A stretch of 32,000 nt of DNA from Bdellovibrionota bacterium (GTDB taxonomy: Bacteria > Bdellovibrionota > UBA1018 > CAUJDS01). Positions 1 through 8,274 of the stretch are shown here, piece after piece. A program made the translations under genes and the position numbers. Each line of letters opens with the position of its first letter. Position 1 is the stretch's first letter. The notes beneath the pieces were generated by a model. It was not told the DNA's origin and searched no databases. It saw only the letters and a program-made list of their open reading frames with translations. The stretch spans positions 14,452 through 46,451 of the forward strand of contig CAUJDS010000076.1 of assembly GCA_963169695.1 (NCBI GenBank). The letters are read 5' to 3'.

Positions 1-383
1 AAACCACGAAAGACCGCCGCTGATCGCTCGCCATTTGAATAAATGGATTCGTAGATGCGCTTCGCGAGACTTATATCACCCGCCGCCTCTAAGATTCTTG
101 CCTGCTTAACTAGGAACTCTGGGGTTTGCTCCTCTTTGATTGGTGGAGCGGGGGGCGTTGCACCAAAAGGACGAGTAATAGGCTCGTTGGGAGCTACCGA
201 CACAAAATACCATTGCGCGCCCGCGGTCTGATCAGAATCAAACTCTTCCATCAGCTCCTCAAGATTTTTCATCCGTGATGACCGGCTACCTGCGCCATCT
301 ACTTCGATGACTTCAGCGCGATACCTTCCTTTTTTCTCTAAACTGTCTGCAATCATCCGGCGAATTTCTGAATTTTCTGACAT
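1..383 (-). CDS. hypothetical protein, N-terminal part only (gene runs off the left edge)
   Basis: Reverse-strand reading from ATG (383..381) stays open to position 1 (MSENSEIRRMIADSLEKKGRYRAEVIEVDG...FLVKQARILEAAGDISLAKRIYESIY...). Its ATG shares one base with the TAA stop of the upstream ORF (TAATG). No family recognised. Confidence 0.45.
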   Translation of the reverse strand, partial: MSENSEIRRMIADSLEKKGRYRAEVIEVDGAGSRSSRMKNLEELMEEFDSDQTAGAQWYFVSVAPNEPITRPFGATPPAPPIKEEQTPEFLVKQARILEAAGDISLAKRIYESIYSNGERSAAVFRG

Positions 384-802
384 TAGTACCTCCGGTCGAA
401 TTCGTGACCCGAGTGGTCTACATGACTCTTGAATCTTCCCAATTTCTCGCGTGTTTCGTGATCCCGATTGAGATCGATTTGAATCTGCTTGAGCTCCGTG
501 CCTAAGACGTCAAATAGTCGCTGGTCGCTCTTACGAATTTTTGTGAGCAGATCCGTCCGATTCTTAAGGTAAGCGGTCCAAACCCATTGCTCAGAAAAGC
601 GGATATCTCGCTGAGCTATCTGGCCTTTAATGTGCTGATCCAACGCATCAAGCGTCTTAAGGGTGCACTCTCTACGTTTCATCAAGCGTGCCATCGCTTC
701 TTCATCTTGAAGTGCGGTTTCTTGTTTGAGATATTTTTCAGTCGTGTCTAAGAATTTTTCAAAACATTTTAATTGAAACTGAAGAAGTTCTTCCAAATTC
801 AT
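383..802 (-). CDS. small helical/coiled-coil protein of unknown function directly downstream of fliS (possible FlgN/FliT-like export chaperone, speculative)
   Basis: The track ORF is 383..850, but its first 16 codons overlap the fliS 3' end. The ATG at 802..800 (MNLEELLQFQLKCFEKF...) lies 2 nt after the fliS stop. The 139-aa product has heptad-like, charged composition. Position after fliS is where FliT/FlgN-type chaperones often sit. Confidence 0.6.
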   Translation of the reverse strand: MNLEELLQFQLKCFEKFLDTTEKYLKQETALQDEEAMARLMKRRECTLKTLDALDQHIKGQIAQRDIRFSEQWVWTAYLKNRTDLLTKIRKSDQRLFDVLGTELKQIQIDLNRDHETREKLGRFKSHVDHSGHEFDRRY

Positions 803-804
803 CG

Positions 805-1191
805 CTATTTCTTCCTCTCTTGTCCAATTTTCTCGACAGCTCCGCGCCAACCTTCAAGGAGGTTCTCAAGGATTTTCTGAACCTCTTTCAACTTCTTGTC
901 TGAGTTTTGGATATTGGCATCAATGAGATGGCGAACGATAAAATTATAGAGTTGCTCCAAGTCTGCGGCGACCTTTCCACCTGCTTCGAAGTTCAATGAA
1001 GTGTGCAGTTCCACTATAATGTCGTGGACTTTTCCAATCGCAATTCCTTTTTCATTCAGGTTTTTTTCTTCTAACGCACTAATGGCTTTCTTGGTGTGTT
1101 TCACGGCAGCTTCATAGAGCATGATAAGGACCTGCTCACGCGAGGCAGTTGTAATGGAAGTTTTTTTGTACTGATTTGCTCCAAAACTCAT
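805..1191 (-). CDS. fliS: flagellin-specific export chaperone FliS
   Basis: 128 aa. MSFGANQYKKTSITTASREQVLIMLYEAAVKH...IGKVHDIIVELHTSLNFEAGGKVAADLEQLYNFIVRHL matches the conserved FliS four-helix pattern. Located immediately after fliD. Confidence 0.95.
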   Translation of the reverse strand: MSFGANQYKKTSITTASREQVLIMLYEAAVKHTKKAISALEEKNLNEKGIAIGKVHDIIVELHTSLNFEAGGKVAADLEQLYNFIVRHLIDANIQNSDKKLKEVQKILENLLEGWRGAVEKIGQERKK

Positions 1192-1206
1192 TTAGCTTTT
1201 CCCTTC

Positions 1207-2616
1207 TTAGCCACCTGATGCCAATAGATTTTCGACCATGCTTCCGCCACCACCACCACCGCCTAGGGCCGCTAAGGATGCTTGCTGGCTTTGCATGGAA
1301 CCAATGGTTCCTTGTAATCTTGAAAATTTATCTCGGAGTGACTTAGACTTCATGTCGATAAGACGTTCTTTGTTTTCAATATTCTTATCTATCGATTCGA
1401 TACGGCTACGCAGGCCTTTTTCACGCATCGCTAGGAATCCGTCTCCTCCCCGCGTATAGGGAGTAATGACTGCCTTGAGCTGGGCGACGAATCCATTTTC
1501 CCCCGTGATGGCTTCGGATAGCCCTGAAAAGTCATCCTCGAGAGCCTTTTGAAATTTCTTCTCATCAATCTTCAACAATCCTTCACGATTGAACTCAATT
1601 CCGGCTTGATTGAGGTGAACCAGACGGTAGTCTTCGCCGTTATTAAAATAGACCGGAAATGCCTCGTGCATCAAATTTCGGAGACGGTATTCAACTGTTT
1701 GAATTCCCGTATCTCCGGTAAACATAACTCGTGTGTTGGAGGATTCATCTACGCTGTTCTGAGCTTTGATGAATTTGAGAACTTCATTGATACTATCGAC
1801 GGTGCCTTTAAATTTTTGAGATACTTTTTCGTAGTCGACTGAAATATTGAGCATGAAAGGCTTATCAGGCCGTGCTTGTTTTATTTTGAAATTAACCCCG
1901 GTGAAGAAGTCTTTGACTTCGTTTCCCGGCGCATCAATCTCAAATCCATCAACTTTTAGGTAAGCATTTTGGGCGTCTTTTGAATCATCGACGTAGAAGT
2001 CAATCCCACCATCTAAGAAATAGAACTCTGGGAGATCGATATTATTTTGTTCTCCTTCGGCCTTCGATTTCACAATCAGGCGCCAAGGTTCGTCCGGAGT
2101 GTAGGCATCATAGACCACTTCAGCACTGATGGGGGAGTCCTTCTGCTTGTTAATCTCCTCAGCCACTCCGTGCAGGCTAGATCGATCGCTGTCGATAAAG
2201 ACTTCGTACCGTTCTCCGTCGGGCTTGTATGAAACTAGGTACCCTGCGCCCAACGTGGCTTCATCGGCACTGCTAAAGCTATTAGAAATAAGAGAGGATC
2301 GATTGGCCAATTCATCGATTTGGATTTGATAGCTTCCAGGCTGGGCTTTGCTCTTGTCGATTGTAATATCTAACAAGTCCTTGGCATCACCTAAGTCGGC
2401 CTTAAGCTCGCGAAACTGCTCTAACGAAGACATGGAATCCAGGGCAGTAGCTAAGCCCGTAAATTTGGTCTTAAAAGCCTGAAAGGTCTTGAGCTTTTCA
2501 TTCTGCTCTGCTTTGCGAGCTTCAAGTTGGCGTATGGGTTCACGCTCTGCTTGAATAAGCTGATCCACAACACGCTTAAACTGCCCCCCACCTACGGGGT
2601 CAAATCGTAAACCCAT
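1207..2616 (-). CDS. fliD: flagellar filament cap protein FliD (hook-associated protein 2)
   Basis: 469 aa. FliD-like N-terminus (VDQLIQAEREPIRQLEARKAEQNEKLKTFQAFKTKF) and C-terminal helical region (RLIDMKSKSLRDKFSRLQGTIGSMQSQQASL). SD GGAGTGAGGG sits directly upstream. Gene order is flaG-x-fliD-fliS. Confidence 0.93.
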   Translation of the reverse strand: MGLRFDPVGGGQFKRVVDQLIQAEREPIRQLEARKAEQNEKLKTFQAFKTKFTGLATALDSMSSLEQFRELKADLGDAKDLLDITIDKSKAQPGSYQIQIDELANRSSLISNSFSSADEATLGAGYLVSYKPDGERYEVFIDSDRSSLHGVAEEINKQKDSPISAEVVYDAYTPDEPWRLIVKSKAEGEQNNIDLPEFYFLDGGIDFYVDDSKDAQNAYLKVDGFEIDAPGNEVKDFFTGVNFKIKQARPDKPFMLNISVDYEKVSQKFKGTVDSINEVLKFIKAQNSVDESSNTRVMFTGDTGIQTVEYRLRNLMHEAFPVYFNNGEDYRLVHLNQAGIEFNREGLLKIDEKKFQKALEDDFSGLSEAITGENGFVAQLKAVITPYTRGGDGFLAMREKGLRSRIESIDKNIENKERLIDMKSKSLRDKFSRLQGTIGSMQSQQASLAALGGGGGGGSMVENLLASGG

Positions 2617-2627
2617 CCCTCACTCCA

Positions 2628-3419
2628 TTATGAGAGAGGGGGCTCCTTTATCCAAGCGGCAGAAATTTCCGAGTGCAGTGGGGAATGAAGGGACTTTCTT
2701 GCAAGAACTCCTGTCGATTCGCTCCAAAGAAGGTAGGACCCATGAATAGGAGGATACCCCATATTCTTGTAATGACCTTCCCGGCTGCCAACTGCAAAAC
2801 TCATCTCGTCAAGATCATGACAATGGCCCAGAATCACATAGTCAAATCCACGCGTAATTTTTTCCACGGCAAAGTTTCTATAAACTCGGCGTAACCTCGA
2901 AACATCCTTTGGCACCGGGCCTTGCCGAGAATCACTACTCTTAGTTTTGAGGCGGTCACCAATCCATTGAATCCACGATTTGGGTGCAGCTCTTGAAAAA
3001 ATGCGCAGTGGCCAAGATCGAAGGATCCATCGCAATGCGAGATAACCATAATCAGTGCGATCTACTAGATCTCCGTGGGCTATGTAGAAATTCTTGCCGC
3101 CCATTCCTAATTCGACAGATTCCGTACGTACTCGAACCCCTGATCCATGAGGAAAGACGCGATTCATATAAAGGTCATGATTGCCTTCAATAAAATCAAT
3201 CTGAATTCCTTTTTGAACCAAAGCACGGAGGTTCTGAAGAAACCCTTGATGCTCCACCCTAAACGGAGTGCGGTTTCCTATATAAAGGTCGAAGATGTCT
3301 CCCGCCAAGACCAACCGATCACCAGGTTGAAGGTAGGGAAGGAGGTTCAATTCCAACCGCTCCAGAAGAGGATCTCGCCTGGACTTTAAATGTAGGTCGG
3401 ACAGAATGATCAACTTCAT
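2628..3419 (-). CDS. lpxH: UDP-2,3-diacylglucosamine hydrolase LpxH-like calcineurin-type metallophosphoesterase
   Basis: All metallophosphoesterase/LpxH motifs are present in order: SDLHL, AGDIFDLYIG, EGNHD, AHGD, LGHCHD. It aligns colinearly with recalled E. coli LpxH (GDLFEAWIG, HGNRD, MHGD, HGHTH). 263 aa. Confidence 0.72.
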   Translation of the reverse strand: MKLIILSDLHLKSRRDPLLERLELNLLPYLQPGDRLVLAGDIFDLYIGNRTPFRVEHQGFLQNLRALVQKGIQIDFIEGNHDLYMNRVFPHGSGVRVRTESVELGMGGKNFYIAHGDLVDRTDYGYLALRWILRSWPLRIFSRAAPKSWIQWIGDRLKTKSSDSRQGPVPKDVSRLRRVYRNFAVEKITRGFDYVILGHCHDLDEMSFAVGSREGHYKNMGYPPIHGSYLLWSESTGVLARKSLHSPLHSEISAAWIKEPPLS

Positions 3420-3442
3420 TTATTGAAGGAGTCTTATCGATT

Positions 3443-3820
3443 CTAAAGTTTTTGATCAAGAATTTTTCCGGTGCCGCTCTTGGTTGTCACCGCTTTGCGA
3501 AGTTCTAAGAACTCTTCTCCCGTCCATTGCCTTATAACCGCACCAGAGCCGTCTTTCAGAACGACACGCAGCCCCGGACCGGATCCTTTGGACTCAGCGA
3601 CGAGCCCTTTGCGGTCTGCTTCAATCTCACGGCGAAACCCTTCCATTGCTGAAAGGACACCTTCGTCTGTAACCTGAATGGGCTCCTTGCGACCTTCTTT
3701 TTCGTCCTCACGCTTCTCATGATGATCAGGACTTTGACGAGAAAATCCCTCATCGCCAGCGTCGGCCTTTTCATTAACTTTTGGAAAGTAGGGCTCACTT
3801 GCCACAGACCGGATCTTCAT
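3443..3820 (-). CDS. flaG: flagellar protein FlaG
   Basis: 125 aa. The C-terminal segment GLRVVLKDGSGAVIRQWTGEEFLELRK resembles the FlaG family core (..v.d.etgevIRQIPpEe.l). Position is upstream of fliD/fliS. SD AGGAG lies 11 nt upstream of the ATG. Confidence 0.65.
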   Translation of the reverse strand: MKIRSVASEPYFPKVNEKADAGDEGFSRQSPDHHEKREDEKEGRKEPIQVTDEGVLSAMEGFRREIEADRKGLVAESKGSGPGLRVVLKDGSGAVIRQWTGEEFLELRKAVTTKSGTGKILDQKL

Positions 3821-3842
3821 GAATCACTCGGCTCCTACAAAC

Positions 3843-3869
3843 CTATCGGAGAGAGCAATACTGCGCTTA
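3843..3869 (-). promoter_or_regulatory. possible sigma28 (FliA)-type promoter for the flaG operon
   Basis: Minus strand reads TAAG-N15-TCCGATAG (consensus TAAA-N15-GCCGATAA). It ends about 23 nt upstream of the flaG ATG, so the leader would be very short and would start at the SD. This is a weaker match than the other three sigma28 sites. Confidence 0.35.
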
Positions 3870-3945
3870 AATGCCAAAGCGATTTATCACACCTAACTTC
3901 ATTAACTATCTGGCTGGTCAAGAAATTGACTGAGGTCGAATCCAA

Positions 3946-5058
3946 CTAGTTCGCAGGTGCAACCGCGACTGAAGCCGAGAGATTGGCCTCAATTGCAAAA
4001 AACTTAGCGCGTATTCTTCGAGCTCCGCCGAGCACCAAAAATTGATAATCCAACTCGTTGCCTTCCTGCAGACGATACTTAGATTCAAACTGAAGGGCTG
4101 CCCAATAGAGTGCCAAAATTTCTTCGCTAGGGCGCCAACCAGTCGGCCGGCCTGGCATGCGAAGTACGGGGTGGTTTCGAAGACCCTCCAATATTTGATC
4201 TGAATTCTCCAAGGTCTGACCGAGCACATGGGCCAAAGCTTCTCGAATTGGCTTTTCGAATTCGGCGGGCGGGTTGCCATACAGAAGCGCGGTTGCAAAA
4301 GACGCGATCTCTTTAGATGACGGCATAGTCGTAACTTGTGATTGCTGAGATTGATAACGCTTCAGCACTCTCAAAAGGAGCAAAAGACTTTGGTCCGTTT
4401 CTTTCTGCATTTCAGCAATCTGTGGACCTGCTGGATAGAGAGAAAATTGATACTGGGAAAAAGGTGCTGGAGCGTTGAAGATTCCACCGTTGTGGTCCAT
4501 AGAGAATCTCAATTCGGTGGAAGTATTAATCACCCTGTTAAACAACATACCCTGAGCATTGAGATTCTTCTCTGAGTCCTCCACGATTTTCCAATCCTTG
4601 AGGGCTTCATCTTTACGAACGATTTGCTGAGTCTTTTGAATTTGCTCGAGCAACTGCCTAGCCTTCATGGACTGTGCTGCCATATCCGTAAGCGTAACAA
4701 GTTTACCTTTATCTCGACCCTTGCGTGATCGGTATTCGTAATAGCCGCCCTTTTTGGATTGAACGAGGTCATCGGCTTCATCAGCCAATCGCTCAAGTTG
4801 CTGGCTGGTTTCTTCAATCTGAGCAATCGAATCCGAACTCCACTTTTCTTCCAAATGACCTTCGTCCAAAACCGCGGGGCCATCTTTGACTTTTGCAGGT
4901 AGGAAGCGAATGCCCTTATCCTCAAGACTCTTTAGAACCGTCCGGTACTGACTAACTTCGTAATCTTCTTGTTTTGTATCGTAATTAAATTTATCGCAGG
5001 CCACGGCCGCCAAGAGCAGGCCCCCAAGAGCGATGGTAGGTTTAAATTTTAAAAGCAT
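3946..5058 (-). CDS. hypothetical lipoprotein
   Basis: 370 aa. Signal peptide with lipobox (MLLKFKPTIALGGLLLAAVA|C). Charged, helical N-terminal half. No family recognised. AAGGA SD lies upstream of the ATG. Confidence 0.7.
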   Translation of the reverse strand: MLLKFKPTIALGGLLLAAVACDKFNYDTKQEDYEVSQYRTVLKSLEDKGIRFLPAKVKDGPAVLDEGHLEEKWSSDSIAQIEETSQQLERLADEADDLVQSKKGGYYEYRSRKGRDKGKLVTLTDMAAQSMKARQLLEQIQKTQQIVRKDEALKDWKIVEDSEKNLNAQGMLFNRVINTSTELRFSMDHNGGIFNAPAPFSQYQFSLYPAGPQIAEMQKETDQSLLLLLRVLKRYQSQQSQVTTMPSSKEIASFATALLYGNPPAEFEKPIREALAHVLGQTLENSDQILEGLRNHPVLRMPGRPTGWRPSEEILALYWAALQFESKYRLQEGNELDYQFLVLGGARRIRAKFFAIEANLSASVAVAPAN

Positions 5059-5237
5059 AATAAAATCCTTAACTTATATCCAAGCACCAGTATTCCCGAC
5101 AAAAACAGTCTTATAACAAGATTCTCGCAGTGAGTCCAGAATTTTCTGGCTTCCTCGAAGTCCCGAATCCATTGAGTTTTATACCATACTAAAATTGACC
5201 GTTATTTACAGTTGTGCTAAGCAAAGCCGAGGTCCAA

Positions 5238-8174
5238 ATGAGCCGCTACTTAAAAAACTGTCTCACCGCCCTCCTTCTCAGCTTGGTTTTGAACGCTGGC
5301 AATGCAACGTCAGCCCACGCAGTTCCTTTTGACGAAGGATTCTACTCTTTTTGGGAAGAAGCACTTCCTCTGGATAAGATTCAATCCAAATACGGCATTG
5401 CTATATCTCGAGAAGCACTCGCCAAAGCCGGCTCCTCGATAGTCAAATTTCAGATCCCTTCACTACCGGGATACTCAACCGGTAGCTTTGTTTCTTCCCA
5501 AGGATTGATCATCACCCATTCTGCAATGGCTGAGCTTTGCCTGCAGGGGTATCAAGAAAAGCACGCGAACTTTAAAATTTCAGAAGAAGGTTTTTTTGCC
5601 AAGCACCTCACAGAAGAAGTTCCTTGCCCTGGCATGGTAGTGACTCGCGTGCACGCTGAATCCGATGTGACCAACGAGATCGAATCAACTTTCGAAATCT
5701 TTCGCAGCCTTATTTCTCGACCCATGTATGGTCCTCCCAATCCACATCCCACCTCTCCTTGGGATGACGATGTGGACTGGCAGGCTTTTCAATTCGACGA
5801 GCCGCAACTTCCACTGGACTCAGCTCAAAGTAATCCTGTCATTGGACCTCTGCTGCCCAAGGATGCCCCGAAAAAGGTATCCCCGCTCAGTGTGATGGTT
5901 TCTCACATCGGCATGGAGGACTATATTGACGTCCTTCTCTCGGATGAATACTCTGCCCTTCCAGAATCTGGATTGGATCCAGCGATGGCCGAAGACGTAA
6001 AAATACTCAAAGAAATGTCGGGTGCTTTGAAAAGTGGCCAATTTGATGTTGATCTCGAAGCTGAAGGAGCCTATCAGGCAGCTCTGTATAAGGACCAGGT
6101 AAAGAAGACACTGCTCGGCCAACCCAGCGCAGTAACTGCAATTCACAAGGCCTTTGAGTTAATTCTGAACTGCGAAGGAATCGAACCTTCCAAATGGAAT
6201 CCCACTCAGTATTGGGATGAATTCACGGCACAGACTGAGCACTGCCAGCTGAAACGATACAAAGACAGCATGGGAAATCGCAACTTTGCGATCGTTAAGT
6301 ACGACACGCTTCGTGATATCCGACTGGTCGCAGTACCGTCACCCGGAGCATTAGCATTGAGCAAAAAAGTACCACCAGGAACCGTGCCGGCTATTCGAAT
6401 GGATTTCTCTATTTTTCGAGCCTACGGAATGGAGAATGGCCTTCTACCGAACGTTCGAATGGGAGAAAGCCTTGGCACACTCAAAGAGGTGGCAACCCTT
6501 GGGTCCATCAACAGCGTCCTGACTCCAAATGAATCCAATCGACCCTTGAATTCCTCAGAGTTCTTTCTCCCTCCGCAGTTTGATTCCAAAATGGAGGAAG
6601 GAAATTTTTCGATGACCCTAGGGCATCCTATGGAATTTGATCGTCAAAAAAATTACTTTCAATTTAAAATTCTGGTGGAATCCAAAATTCCGGCCGCGCT
6701 AGGAAACGTAGAAGCCATGATTCCAAGCTTACGAGCCAAAGTCTATGAACTTGCAAGTGACCCGAGTCCTAAAGGTAAAAAGCTCTACCAGGAAGCGCTC
6801 GCTGCCTATCAAAGCAATTTGAAATTTCGCGATGCCTACCAAGCACTTGCCAAAGAACTCGTTCAACCGAATTATCTCGAACGCAGGAATGAACTCATTC
6901 AAGAAATTAAGTTAGCAGCTGAAAAGAACCCAGAAGATGCTCAGGCGAAGACTACCTTGGAACAAGTAAAAAAGGCTCAGGACCTCACCGAAGAGTATCA
7001 AAAGATTTATCCCTTCTACTTTCTTGTTTTTGAGTGGCTAAATAGCGGCGTGGTCCAACCCATCAATACCTTATTGGACGTTCAGGAACAAATTGCGGCT
7101 ATTTCCAACAAACTCAAATCTGACGAAGATCGAGATGAACTTCTGAGGACCATTCTCCCAAAATTTTCCAAAATAAAATCTGCCCTCTTGGGCATTCCCC
7201 TTGCGTCTTACAAACAGGTCATCAGTCAGAAACTTCTTAGCTCCATCCTCGTGATGGCCAGAAAGAAAGAAGTCCCCGTCTTTACCGAACACTTCAAGCC
7301 ACAGGAGGGTATTGAGGTAGTGGCTATTGCTCATGACTTGTTGAATGTGTACCCAATATTACAAATCGACACCTACCCCGATATAGAATTGATGTCTGAG
7401 AAATGGCAGCCAATTTCTCCAAAAGCCAAAGAGCTCGTTTCCTTGATCCGCCAGATCAGGAGAATTTTTACAGCTATTGACACTAAAATGAAGAAAATCG
7501 CAAAGGAGCTCGGGAGTCTCAGCGAGGAACTGCGAGTAGTTGATAGGTATGGAATTATTGAGACGTCGGTACCTAATCGATTGCCACGATTTAGTTATGG
7601 AACGATTCGTGGGACGGAATCCACCCCAGCAGTAATGAAGGCATCTTACCTCAAGGAGAATGCGATTGCCTTTGCTCCCCTCAAATCTGCAGAGAGGTCT
7701 CTCGCTAGAGACCTCATTGAAAAATTGGGAGAAACTCCTTACTTGTTTCAATCGGATGCCGATACGCTGACCGGTTTTGATTTTCCGGATCTTGGAATTG
7801 AGCACGAGTACTACTACCCTGGAGGTATGGCACTTGTGGATGAGCACTTCCGGTGGCATGGACTTCAAGTAGATACGAACAGTGAAGCAAGGGCCAATGT
7901 GTTTGAATATAGCGGTGATCAATCTGCGAGGGCTATTGTATTGAGTGCAAATGCAATCATGGGGTATTTGGACCTCAATGCAGACGCAAAAAGATTGAAG
8001 GAAGAACTAACTTATTCCACCAAGGGAAGAGGTTACTTTGAGTCTACAGAGAGTGGAAAATCTGAATGGTGCCTTTTGGAAACTCCTAAGATAACAGGTC
8101 AAGAGAATAAGAAAAATCAGAACTCCTCAGGGAAGAGCTCTGACTGCAGTACCGATTTAATCAAAATAAAGTAG
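5238..8174 (+). CDS. secreted S46 (DPP7/DPP11/DAP BII)-like peptidase homologue, probably non-catalytic, with large insertions
   Basis: The track ORF starts at GTG 5214. ATG 5238 follows a GAGG SD and gives a signal peptide ([28 protein letters not shown]). The N-terminus matches the recalled S46 pattern (DEGFY.., [19 protein letters not shown] vs [38 protein letters not shown]..DVT). The C-terminus aligns with the S46 serine region, but GNSGSP is replaced by TGFDFPD. Confidence 0.6.
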   Translation: [978 protein letters not shown]

Positions 8175-8186
8175 GTAAAATAAGTT

Positions 8187-8219
8187 CCCCCTCCAAGGCC
8201 TCGGCAACCTTGAAGGGGG
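8187..8219. terminator. hairpin between convergent genes (S46-like gene and flagellin gene)
   Basis: CCCCCTCCAAGG-(9 nt)-CCTTGAAGGGGG, 11 of 12 complementary. On the minus strand it is followed by AACTTATTTTACC (T-rich), which fits a rho-independent terminator for the flagellin gene. There is no T-run on the plus strand. Confidence 0.55.
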
Positions 8220-8274
8220 TGGGCTTAAGGCATCACACAGGCACAATTGCCTATGAGATTTGAGCGCAACTTAT

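Noticed and set aside
1247-1267. GGC(GGT)4GGCGGA repeat encoding a seven-Gly run near the FliD C-terminus, considered as a slipped-strand phase-variation site
   Set aside because: The repeat is a short trinucleotide unit, so slippage would stay in frame and only alter linker length. It is too short to argue for contingency behaviour.
1238-2329. Plus-strand ORFs antisense to fliD (1238..1459, 1549..1842, 2047..2232, 2129..2329)
   Set aside because: These are shadow ORFs fully inside a confidently assigned gene. The first begins MLPPPPPPP, which is simply the complement of the FliD Gly-run codons.
2910-2925. Sigma54-like TGGCAC-N-TTGC on the plus strand
   Set aside because: The spacing is 6 nt rather than 5. 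It lies inside the minus-strand lpxH-like gene, and there is no downstream plus-strand gene for over 2 kb.
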